From Candidatus Nomurabacteria bacterium (GTDB lineage: Bacteria; Patescibacteriota; Minisyncoccia; Phycocordibacterales; UBA9973): a stretch of DNA of 49,653 bases. The DNA lies in the NCBI GenBank assembly GCA_026395965.1, contig JAPLXS010000007.1, positions 1 to 49,653 of the forward strand, read 5' to 3'. This document shows, in pieces, positions 1-8,397 of this stretch. Made by a program: the position numbers and the translations under genes. How positions within the stretch are numbered: position 1 is the stretch's first letter; every line of letters starts with the position of its first letter. The notes under the pieces were generated by a model, which had not been told where the DNA came from, did not search any database, and worked only from the letters and a program-made list of their open reading frames with translations.

Positions 1-272
1 GTCGTGCAAGAGAAACTTTCTCAGGCAACGAATTTGGTTTAACATCCTTTGCTCTTGGCTGTATGGCATTGGTTCACCCTGAACGCTATGTCCGCTCCGA
101 AGAACTTGATACCGATTGTGCAGGTGACGAATTTGCTCCTGATGCTGATGGCGTGTTCTCGAAGGCTCCTTTCTTCTACTTCCACGATGACAAGCTTTGG
201 TTCGGCGCGTGCGGTGTGTCCGATGCCTGCGGTGGCTATGGTTCGGCTTCGGCGTTCGTTCCGCAGAATTGA
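1..272 (+). CDS. 3' end of an unidentified protein-coding gene that runs off the left edge
   Basis: Frame 3 is open from the window edge to TGA at 270-272 (...FYFHDDKLWFGACGVSDACGGYGSASAFVPQN*). A hairpin terminator follows. The segment is visibly more G+C-rich than everything downstream. No family recognised. Confidence 0.45.
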   Translation, partial: RARETFSGNEFGLTSFALGCMALVHPERYVRSEELDTDCAGDEFAPDADGVFSKAPFFYFHDDKLWFGACGVSDACGGYGSASAFVPQN

Positions 273-337
273 CGATTGTACTTTGAACGTTTGAGTCTTT
301 TGTTTTTTTTTGATCCTTGCGTTCGAATTTTTTTAAG

Positions 338-368
338 GGATACCACTTGTGGTATCCCTTTTCTTTTT
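338..368 (+). terminator. Rho-independent terminator
   Basis: GGGATACCAC-TTGT-GGTATCCC hairpin (338-359) followed by TTTTCTTTTT. Confidence 0.75.
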
Positions 369-454
369 AATACTAATTAAAACAAGTATTATTTTTGTTG
401 TAGAGGAAGGATAAATATCTTGCAATTTTGTGATTTTATAGGTATTCTTAATAT

Positions 455-668
455 ACGCGTTGAAGAGGTTATCACCTCTGAGCCCTAATCAAAAAAACGG
501 GCAAGCGTTGGGAAGAAAGCCTTTATTGGTAAGTAGAACCCTTTGACCGACATTGAAAAATGTTTAGGTCTTTAAATGAGAAGTAAATGAGGTGGTACCA
601 CGTGTTTCAATAGAAACTCGTCCTTGTATAACAATTGTTATTGTTGTACGTGGACGAGTTTTTTTGTT
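455..668 (+). promoter_or_regulatory. T-box leader (tRNA-sensing riboswitch) of ileS
   Basis: T-box sequence AAATGAGGTGGTACCACG lies at 585-602. It is followed by a terminator hairpin, ACTCGTCC (616-623) / GGACGAGT (652-659), plus a T-run. A candidate Ile specifier ATC at 488-490 sits in the loop closed by GCCC 482-485 / GGGC 499-502. The element lies directly upstream of ileS. Confidence 0.8.
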
Positions 669-798
669 TTTATTATAAAATTAATATTAATAATAAATAA
701 AACTGCACAAATTATATTCTAAAAAAGGTCCTCGGACGAGGGAGGACGAGGAGCCAGACCATTTTTTATAAAATAATTTGTTACGTTTAATGTAATTT

Positions 799-3700
799 AT
801 GGAAGAAAAAGATCAAAAAACAAATAGTGCATTGCGAGAAGAGGCAGTTTTAAAATTTTGGAATGAAAACAAAATATTTAAAAAGAGTTTAGAAAAGAAA
901 TCTCCACTTGGCGATTATGTTTTCTATGAGGGTCCTCCAACTGCAAATGGTAAACCAGGGATTCATCACTTGGAAGCTCGCGCTTTCAAAGATGCTATTC
1001 CTCGTTATAAAACAATGAGAGGGTATCATGTAGGAAGAAAAGGTGGGTGGGACACTCACGGTCTTCCTGTAGAACTTCAAGTTGAAAAAAAGTTGGGATT
1101 ATCTTCCAAGAAAGCCATTGAAGAATACGGAGTTGCTCAATTTAACAAAGAATGCAAAGAAAGTGTTTGGGAATACGTAGATCTATGGGAAAAATTTACA
1201 GAAAGAATCGGTTTTTGGGTAGACCAAGAAAACCCTTATGTGACATATCACAATGATTATATTGAGTCAGTCTGGAATGTTATAAAAGAATCCAAAAAAC
1301 AAGATTTACTTTATAAAGATTACAAAATCGTTCCTTGGTGTCCTAGATGTGGAACAGGTCTTTCTTCTCACGAGCTTGCACAAGGGTACCAGGATGTAAA
1401 AGATTTATCAGTATATGCAAAGTTTAAAATAAAACAGCTTCAAAATATTCCTATTTCTTCACGCTTTACCCCAGAGGGGCCATACACGACTCAGAAATCG
1501 GAAGATTTATCATCTGTTTACATATTAGCTTGGACTACAACTCCATGGACTCTACCCGGGAATGTTGCACTTGCTGTCGGTGAAAATATCGATTATGTAA
1601 AAATTAAAATTGCTAAAAATTCTTCATCAGATTCAGAGTTTTATATATTAGCAAAAGCCCGACTATCTATCATCACAGAAGAATATGAAATAGTAGAAGA
1701 AATGAAAGGCAAAGATTTGGTTGGTTTAGAATACGAACCATTGTATCCATATCTTGAAAATATAATTTCAGAAGTTGAAAAACCTAAACTAGAAAAAGCC
1801 TATAAAATATATAATGCGGACTTTGTAACAACAGAAGATGGTACTGGAGTGGTACACACAGCAGTTATGTATGGACAGGATGACTTTGTATTAGGTAATA
1901 AACTGGGTCTTCCAAAACACCATATAGTAGGACTAGATGGTAAATTTCTCGAGGGCACAGGATTCCTCGAAGGAAGATTTGTGAGAGACGAAGAAGTCGC
2001 CGTAGATATAATAAAAGATTTAGCTCATAGAGGATTTTTATTTAAGAAAGAAAAATACGAGCACTCATACCCACATTGCTGGCGTTGTAAAACAGCACTT
2101 ATCTACTATGCTCGAGATTCTTGGTATATAAGAATGTCTTCTTTAAAAGATAAACTTATTGAAGAAAATAAAAATATAAATTGGGAGCCAGCTCATGTGA
2201 AAGATGGTCGTTTTGGCGAGTGGATAAAAGATATAAAAGATTGGGCAATTTCTCGTGAAAGATATTGGGGAACACCTATGCCAGTCTGGTCTTGTGATTT
2301 ATGTAAAGAAATAGAAGTATTGGGAAGTATAGAAGACATAAAATCAAAAACTAAAAAGTCAGGAAATAAATACATCGTCATGAGACATGGCGAGACTGAA
2401 TGTAATTTGAGAGGCGAAGTAAGTAGTACTGTAAACAATGACGATAATTTAACAAAACTTGGAATAGAACAAGTTATAAAATCTGCAAATGAATTAAAAA
2501 ACCAAAAGATTGATTTGATTATTTCTTCTCCATTTGTGAGAACAAGAGAGACTGCGGAACTGTTGGCAGATAAAATTGGCTTCAACAAAGAAAGTATAAT
2601 CTTTGATGAAAGACTACATGAAATGTCACTTCCAATGTATGAAGGTAAAAAGTGGGATGAATATCACAATGACTATCCAAAGACAGTAGAAAACTTTTCT
2701 AAGGCGCCAGAAGGCAATGAGTCTTATGAAGATGTCAGACGCAGATCTATGAGTTTTTTATATGAAATTGAAAAAACATATTCTGGAAAAAATATATTAA
2801 TCATTACTCATGGAAGCCCTGTTTGGCAGATGTTTTCAGAAGTAAGTGGTTTAAGCACAGAAGAATCTCTAGGTATAATAGTAAATAATAAATTATTTAA
2901 TTATATAAAAAACGGAGAGTTTGTAGAGCTACCATTTGTACCACTTCCTCATGATGAAGATTTCAAGATTGATCTACATAAACCATATATAGATGAAATA
3001 AATCTTGTGTGTGGATGCGGAGGTGTTCTTTCTAGAACAAAAGAAGTTATGGATGTGTGGCTTGATTCAGGGGCTATGCCTTTTGCTCAAAGTCATTATC
3101 CATTTGAAAATAAAGAAATACAATACCCAGCAGATTTTATCAGTGAAGCTGTAGATCAAACAAGAGGATGGTTTTATACACTTCATGCAGTGGGTGTAAT
3201 TATGGGAAGAGGTAATGCATATAAAAATGTGATATGTCTTGGCTTGCTTCTTGATGCAAAAGGAAAGAAAATGTCAAAATCTATAGGAAATATAGTAGAC
3301 CCATGGTTAATGATGGATAAATATGGAGTAGATACACTCAGACTTTGGATGTATTCTGTAAATCAACCAGGAGAATCAAAAAACTTTGATGAAAAAATAA
3401 TTGCAGAATTGCACAATAAAGTATTCAATCTACTTTACAATGTGATAGCATTTTATGAGCTTTATAGAGATAAAGAAGTAGAAAGTACAAATGAGAAAGT
3501 AGAAAGTACAAATATATTGGATAAATGGATTTTAGCTAGACTAGATGAATTGGTTGTTTTGTGTACAGAAAAATTAGATGACTACAAGCTTCTTGAACCT
3601 GTTCGCGGGATTCGTGAGTTTATAGACGACCTTTCAACTTGGTATTTACGCCGTTCACGTGACAGAATAAAAGAAGGAGATATAGAAGCAAAGACAACTA

Positions 3701-4335
3701 TATATTATGTGTTTAAAACATTAGCAAAATTGATGGCTCCATTTGCTCCATTTTCATCAGAAGATATTTGGCAGAAATTAAAAAATGATAAAGACGAAGA
3801 AAGTGTGCATTTGGCAGGTTGGCCAAGTATTCAATTAGGAATTAATAATGAAGAATTAATAATTGAAGGTATGCAAAAAGCGAGAGAAATTGTAACTCTA
3901 GGATTACAAGCAAGACAAAAAGCTGGTATTCCAGTTAGACAACCACTAGGAGAATTACGAATTACGAATTACGAATTACGAAAAGAATATAATGAAATTA
4001 TTAAAGATGAGTTGAATGTAAAAGAAATTACTTTAGAAAAAGGAGAAGAGCAGAATGTTTCAATAGATACTCATATTACTGAAGATCTAAAAAAGGAAGG
4101 CCAGTACCGTGAATTACTTCGTGCAATACAAGATATTCGCAAAAAGAATGGTTTAAATCCTAGCGATGTTATAGTTCTTAATATCGAAACAAATAATGAT
4201 GGACAATCATTGATAAACAAATTCAAATCAGAATTAATTAAGTCTGTTAGTGCAAAAGAAATACAAATAAAAGAAAACGATGGTGTTGAAATAAAGATTG
4301 ATGAATTTGTATTTAGGGTTGTTATTGAAAAATAA
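799..4335 (+). CDS. ileS: Isoleucyl-tRNA synthetase carrying an internal histidine-phosphatase-like insertion (1178 aa)
   Basis: Class I aaRS motifs are present: PPTANGKPGIHH (HIGH region) and KKMSKS. The ORF is collinear with IleRS over the CP1 editing and anticodon-binding regions. An extra ~200 aa at residues ~520-723 carries RHGE and THG motifs. Confidence 0.95.
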   Translation: MEEKDQKTNSALREEAVLKFWNENKIFKKSLEKKSPLGDYVFYEGPPTANGKPGIHHLEARAFKDAIPRYKTMRGYHVGRKGGWDTHGLPVELQVEKKLGLSSKKAIEEYGVAQFNKECKESVWEYVDLWEKFTERIGFWVDQENPYVTYHNDYIESVWNVIKESKKQDLLYKDYKIVPWCPRCGTGLSSHELAQGYQDVKDLSVYAKFKIKQLQNIPISSRFTPEGPYTTQKSEDLSSVYILAWTTTPWTLPGNVALAVGENIDYVKIKIAKNSSSDSEFYILAKARLSIITEEYEIVEEMKGKDLVGLEYEPLYPYLENIISEVEKPKLEKAYKIYNADFVTTEDGTGVVHTAVMYGQDDFVLGNKLGLPKHHIVGLDGKFLEGTGFLEGRFVRDEEVAVDIIKDLAHRGFLFKKEKYEHSYPHCWRCKTALIYYARDSWYIRMSSLKDKLIEENKNINWEPAHVKDGRFGEWIKDIKDWAISRERYWGTPMPVWSCDLCKEIEVLGSIEDIKSKTKKSGNKYIVMRHGETECNLRGEVSSTVNNDDNLTKLGIEQVIKSANELKNQKIDLIISSPFVRTRETAELLADKIGFNKESIIFDERLHEMSLPMYEGKKWDEYHNDYPKTVENFSKAPEGNESYEDVRRRSMSFLYEIEKTYSGKNILIITHGSPVWQMFSEVSGLSTEESLGIIVNNKLFNYIKNGEFVELPFVPLPHDEDFKIDLHKPYIDEINLVCGCGGVLSRTKEVMDVWLDSGAMPFAQSHYPFENKEIQYPADFISEAVDQTRGWFYTLHAVGVIMGRGNAYKNVICLGLLLDAKGKKMSKSIGNIVDPWLMMDKYGVDTLRLWMYSVNQPGESKNFDEKIIAELHNKVFNLLYNVIAFYELYRDKEVESTNEKVESTNILDKWILARLDELVVLCTEKLDDYKLLEPVRGIREFIDDLSTWYLRRSRDRIKEGDIEAKTTIYYVFKTLAKLMAPFAPFSSEDIWQKLKNDKDEESVHLAGWPSIQLGINNEELIIEGMQKAREIVTLGLQARQKAGIPVRQPLGELRITNYELRKEYNEIIKDELNVKEITLEKGEEQNVSIDTHITEDLKKEGQYRELLRAIQDIRKKNGLNPSDVIVLNIETNNDGQSLINKFKSELIKSVSAKEIQIKENDGVEIKIDEFVFRVVIEK

Positions 4336-4394
4336 CTAATACAAAATATATCCTTCAGTAAGGATAACCCGTTTAGAATTAGATAATTATTACA

Positions 4395-4979
4395 ATGCAC
4401 CACATCTACCACACTCATGGATTTATACTTTCGTCTCGTAATACAGGCGAAGCCAATAAGATGCTTACTATCTATACTCGAGAGATGGGTCTTATTCGTG
4501 CTGCAGCTCAGGGAGTGCGATTACATAAATCAAAATTACGATTTACTTTACAAGATTTTTCTTATGTCAAAGTTGATCTAGTTCGAGGTAGGGAATTGTG
4601 GCGAGTTACTTCTGCAAAGCATATTTCATCATTTCCACTAGCGAGAAGCAATGCACTTTCTTTTATCTTGATAACAAGAGTAAATAAATTGATAGAGCGT
4701 CTATGTACCGGAGAAAGTCCAAATGAGAATATATTTGATGATTTTATTCAAGCATTATATCTACTAGATGATGAAAATATATCAGCCCAATCGCGTGAAG
4801 CACTCGAGCTACATCTTGTTTTGCGTATTATGAATAGTTTGGGTTATGTTGGTAATTCTCAAATATTAAACAATTACTTATCTACATCGTTTAATCATAG
4901 TAAAACAGAGTCATTGCTTCGAGATCGTCAGTCTATAATTTCTCATATAAATAAGGCTTTAAATGAGAGTCAATTATAA
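4395..4979 (+). CDS. recO: DNA repair protein RecO
   Basis: N-terminal OB-fold pattern (GFILSSRNTGEANKMLTIYTREMGLIRAAAQGVR...LQDFSYVKVDL) and a size typical of RecO. Confidence 0.7.
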   Translation: MHHIYHTHGFILSSRNTGEANKMLTIYTREMGLIRAAAQGVRLHKSKLRFTLQDFSYVKVDLVRGRELWRVTSAKHISSFPLARSNALSFILITRVNKLIERLCTGESPNENIFDDFIQALYLLDDENISAQSREALELHLVLRIMNSLGYVGNSQILNNYLSTSFNHSKTESLLRDRQSIISHINKALNESQL

Positions 4980-5002
4980 GGTTTTTATGTTATAATATAA
5001 TT

Positions 5003-6901
5003 ATGATTGAAGATAGTAAAAACAAAATTGAAGATATAAAAAGACATCTTTATGACCCCAATGATAAAACTATTGGTCACCAAAGAGAAGGGATTTTGCA
5101 TCAAGTTAATCATCCTGTTAGTGAAGAATGGAAAATAGATGAATCTAATCTGAATGATAAAATGAATAATAAATACAAAAAACCGCCAGTATCAATTTTT
5201 AAAAAGTTTTTTATTATATCAGCTGTTTTTTTTGTAGGGGCAATAGGTTTTGCTGTCTATAAATTTTCAAGTAGTAATATTTCTGTTTCTAACGATAAAA
5301 TAAATATAAATGTTATTGGTAATGCTTTTACAAAAGGAGGGGATGATCTGTCTCTTCAAATTGAAATTTCCAATACAAATAATTCAAACCTTCAACTCGC
5401 AAATTTAATAGTAGAATATCCAAAAGGAGCTGGGGATAATGCTAATGACGTTGTGCGTTTACCAAGAGATTCAATAGGTACAATCAAACCAGGTGAAACT
5501 GTTATTCGTAATATTAAAGTTAAACTTTTTGGTGAGGAAAAATCTATTAAAAATATTAAAATTAGCTTAGAGTATCATCCAGAAGGATCAAATGCTATTT
5601 TTACTAAGGACAAATTGTATCCTGTTACTATAAGCTTGGCCCCAGTTTCCCTAAATATAGAGGCTCCAACAAGTGCAACTTCAAACCAGCCAGTTTCATT
5701 TAAAATTACAACAACACTAAATACTTCTCTTCCTGACGAAAATCCTATTTTGCAGGTAACATATCCAAACAATTTCGTTTTTGATAGTGCTATTCCTTTA
5801 CCAACTTTAGGCAATTCTACTTGGGATATTTCATCTCTTACAACTACAAATCCAGTGGTAATAGAAGTAAAAGGACGCCTGATAGGTCAAGATGGTGAAG
5901 AGCAAGTTTTCCATGCTTATGCAGGTACAACAAATGGAACAAATCAATCCGTCGTGAATGTTATTTATAGTTCTATATTGCAGAAAGTTACAATAGCAAA
6001 ACCATTTCTTAATGCAACTATATTGGTCAATGGTATTGATAAAACAGAGTACTCAGTTTCAGGTGGTGAGAATATAAATGCCGAAATATCTTGGTCCAAT
6101 AATCTAACTACACGCATAACTGATGGTCAAATAATTGTTAGTTTGTCGGGTAATGTCTTCGACAAAAATTCAGTAAATCCATCCAATGGTTTTTATGATT
6201 CTGCAAATAATCAAATTATCTGGGACAAAAATTCAATTGCTGAATTAGGTGAAATAAATCCAGGTAACAAAGGAACTGTTTCATTTAGTTTTAAACCATT
6301 GGCTTTGATCGGACTATCTTCAATAAAAAACCCACAAGTTTCTATAAAAGTAAGTATTCGTGGACGTGAACCACTATTGGGTTCTACTTATAATGCTATT
6401 AATAATTTTTCTGAAAAAATAATAAAAGTATTATCTGATTTTCAAATTGCTTCATCTGCAGCATATTTAGCAGGAAGCTTGCCTCCAAAAGTAGAGACAG
6501 AAACAAAATATACTATTACTTGGACTCTTTCAAATTCAGCCAATACTATAAACCAAGCTCAAGCACGCTCATCTTTACCTATATATGTAAAATGGATAGG
6601 ACTAACTCCCGGAGAAAATGAAAATGTAACTTACAATGATATTACGAGAGAAGTGATATGGAATATCGGGTCTGTTCGTCCAAATACTGGCATAGATTTA
6701 AACCGTGAAGCATCATTTGTTCTTTCATTAAATCCTTCTAGTTCCCAGTTCGATAGTGTCCCTCAACTTATGAAAGATATCTATCTTTCTGGAATAGATT
6801 CATTTTCAAATACTTCAATCAAGAGCACTCGTGGTTCTGTCTCGACTTCACTAGCAGATGATCCAAATTTCCTACCTATCAACGGACGTGTTACTAAATA
6901 A
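5003..6901 (+). CDS. Hypothetical N-terminally membrane-anchored, beta-rich extracytoplasmic protein
   Basis: 632-aa ORF with one TM segment (FFIISAVFFVGAIGFAVYKF). The rest is Ser/Thr/Asn-rich and looks like repeated Ig/CARDB-like beta domains. No motif recognised. Confidence 0.6.
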   Translation: MIEDSKNKIEDIKRHLYDPNDKTIGHQREGILHQVNHPVSEEWKIDESNLNDKMNNKYKKPPVSIFKKFFIISAVFFVGAIGFAVYKFSSSNISVSNDKININVIGNAFTKGGDDLSLQIEISNTNNSNLQLANLIVEYPKGAGDNANDVVRLPRDSIGTIKPGETVIRNIKVKLFGEEKSIKNIKISLEYHPEGSNAIFTKDKLYPVTISLAPVSLNIEAPTSATSNQPVSFKITTTLNTSLPDENPILQVTYPNNFVFDSAIPLPTLGNSTWDISSLTTTNPVVIEVKGRLIGQDGEEQVFHAYAGTTNGTNQSVVNVIYSSILQKVTIAKPFLNATILVNGIDKTEYSVSGGENINAEISWSNNLTTRITDGQIIVSLSGNVFDKNSVNPSNGFYDSANNQIIWDKNSIAELGEINPGNKGTVSFSFKPLALIGLSSIKNPQVSIKVSIRGREPLLGSTYNAINNFSEKIIKVLSDFQIASSAAYLAGSLPPKVETETKYTITWTLSNSANTINQAQARSSLPIYVKWIGLTPGENENVTYNDITREVIWNIGSVRPNTGIDLNREASFVLSLNPSSSQFDSVPQLMKDIYLSGIDSFSNTSIKSTRGSVSTSLADDPNFLPINGRVTK

Positions 6902-6943
6902 TTATAAACCCACCTACCGTTTAGTAGGTTAACAAAAAATAAA

Positions 6944-8323
6944 ATGCAAGAAAAAGATGAAAAATTAATGGACAAAATAATATCACTTTGTAAAAGAAGA
7001 GGATTTATTTATCCAGGTTCAGATATATATGGAGGACTTGCTGGGACTTATGATTTTGGTCCGCTTGGCTCACTTCTCAAGAAAAATATAGAGGATTCAT
7101 GGATAGAATACTTCGTACGTAGTAGAGAAAATATTCATTTAGTAGACACTTCTATTTTGGCACATCCAAGAGTTTGGGATGCTTCAGGTCATACTAGCGA
7201 ATTCATAGACCCATTGGTAGATGATTTAAAAACAAACAAACGTTACCGAGCAGACCATCTGCTTGAAGAAAATGGTGTAAATGCAGAAAAACTTACAATA
7301 GATGAAATGGACAAAAAAATAAAGGAGTTGGGATTGAAAAGTCCAGAAGGTAATCCTTTTTCTGATGTCCGTAGATTCAATCTTATGCTTGAAACAAAGA
7401 TGGGGGCAGTAGAAGAAACAGCTGTGACTACATTTTTAAGACCAGAAGAAGCTCAGAGTATGTTTATTAACTTCAAAAATGTTCTTCAATCTTTATCACC
7501 AAAAGTTCCTTTTGGTATCGCTCAAATAGGCAAAGCATTCCGCAATGAGATAACCCCAAGAGATTATATTTATAGATTACGCGAGTTTGAAATAATGGAA
7601 TTCGAATATTTTATTCACCCAGAATCCCCATGGGAAGCTTACTTTGATAATTTTTTGTTAGAGCAAAAAGAATGGTTAGCAAAGATAGGAGTTGATACTT
7701 CAAAACTTCGCCCACTTGAGCATCCAGAGACAGCAAGGGCTCATTATAGTAGAAAGACTGTTGATTTAGAATTTGAATATCCTTTCGGAACCAAAGAACT
7801 TACTGGTCTTGCTCATAGAGGAGATTTTGATTTAAAAAGACATCAAGAATTTTCTGGTGAATCAATGGAAATGCTCAACGATGCAACAGGAGAGAAATTT
7901 ATTCCACATGTTATAGAACCTACTATAAGTGTAGAGAGAGCAATACTTGCACTTTTATGTTCTTCTTATTGTGAAGAAGGTGAAGGTGATAATGTGCGTG
8001 TATATTTAAAATTTCCACCATCTATTGCTCCTTACAAAGTATGCGTATCACCACTACTCAAAAATAAACCAGAGCTTGTTTCTTTTGCTAGAAGTGTCTT
8101 TGGTGAATTAAAAAAAGAGTTTGGATGGGTTGTATTTGACGACAATGGAAATATCGGTAAACGTTATAGACGTCAGGATGAGATAGGTACACCATGGTGT
8201 GTTGTTGTAGACTTTGATACATTAGAAGATAATTCTGTAACAATTCGTAATCGTGATACAGGAATACAAGAAAGAATAAAAAAAGAAGAAGTCATATCTT
8301 ATATTAAAGAAAGAATGAATTAA
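6944..8323 (+). CDS. glyQS: Glycyl-tRNA synthetase (single-chain, class II)
   Basis: N-terminus RGFIYPGSDIYGGLAGTYDFGPLG plus QIGKAFRNEITPR and a C-terminal anticodon-binding domain (YRRQDEIGTPWCVVVD). Confidence 0.92.
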   Translation: MQEKDEKLMDKIISLCKRRGFIYPGSDIYGGLAGTYDFGPLGSLLKKNIEDSWIEYFVRSRENIHLVDTSILAHPRVWDASGHTSEFIDPLVDDLKTNKRYRADHLLEENGVNAEKLTIDEMDKKIKELGLKSPEGNPFSDVRRFNLMLETKMGAVEETAVTTFLRPEEAQSMFINFKNVLQSLSPKVPFGIAQIGKAFRNEITPRDYIYRLREFEIMEFEYFIHPESPWEAYFDNFLLEQKEWLAKIGVDTSKLRPLEHPETARAHYSRKTVDLEFEYPFGTKELTGLAHRGDFDLKRHQEFSGESMEMLNDATGEKFIPHVIEPTISVERAILALLCSSYCEEGEGDNVRVYLKFPPSIAPYKVCVSPLLKNKPELVSFARSVFGELKKEFGWVVFDDNGNIGKRYRRQDEIGTPWCVVVDFDTLEDNSVTIRNRDTGIQERIKKEEVISYIKERMN

Positions 8324-8337
8324 AATAAGAATAAAAA

Positions 8338-8368
8338 AGAACCGTTCTCTGATTACGGTTCTTTTTTA
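8338..8368 (+). terminator. Rho-independent terminator
   Basis: AGAACCGT-loop-ACGGTTCT followed by TTTTTT. Confidence 0.7.
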
Positions 8369-8397
8369 TTTACAGTAAAATATGCTAAAATCATCGT

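Noticed and set aside
2356-2967. Intein in IleRS
   Set aside because: There is no Cys/Ser/Thr at the N-terminal splice junction, no His-Asn C-terminal junction and no endonuclease motifs. The insert instead carries RHG/THG histidine-phosphatase motifs.
3476-3516. 21-nt tandem duplication in ileS (KEVESTN-EKVESTN)
   Set aside because: It is in-frame and lies in a variable linker of the anticodon-binding region. It is a benign duplication, noted only as context for the heptanucleotide repeat.
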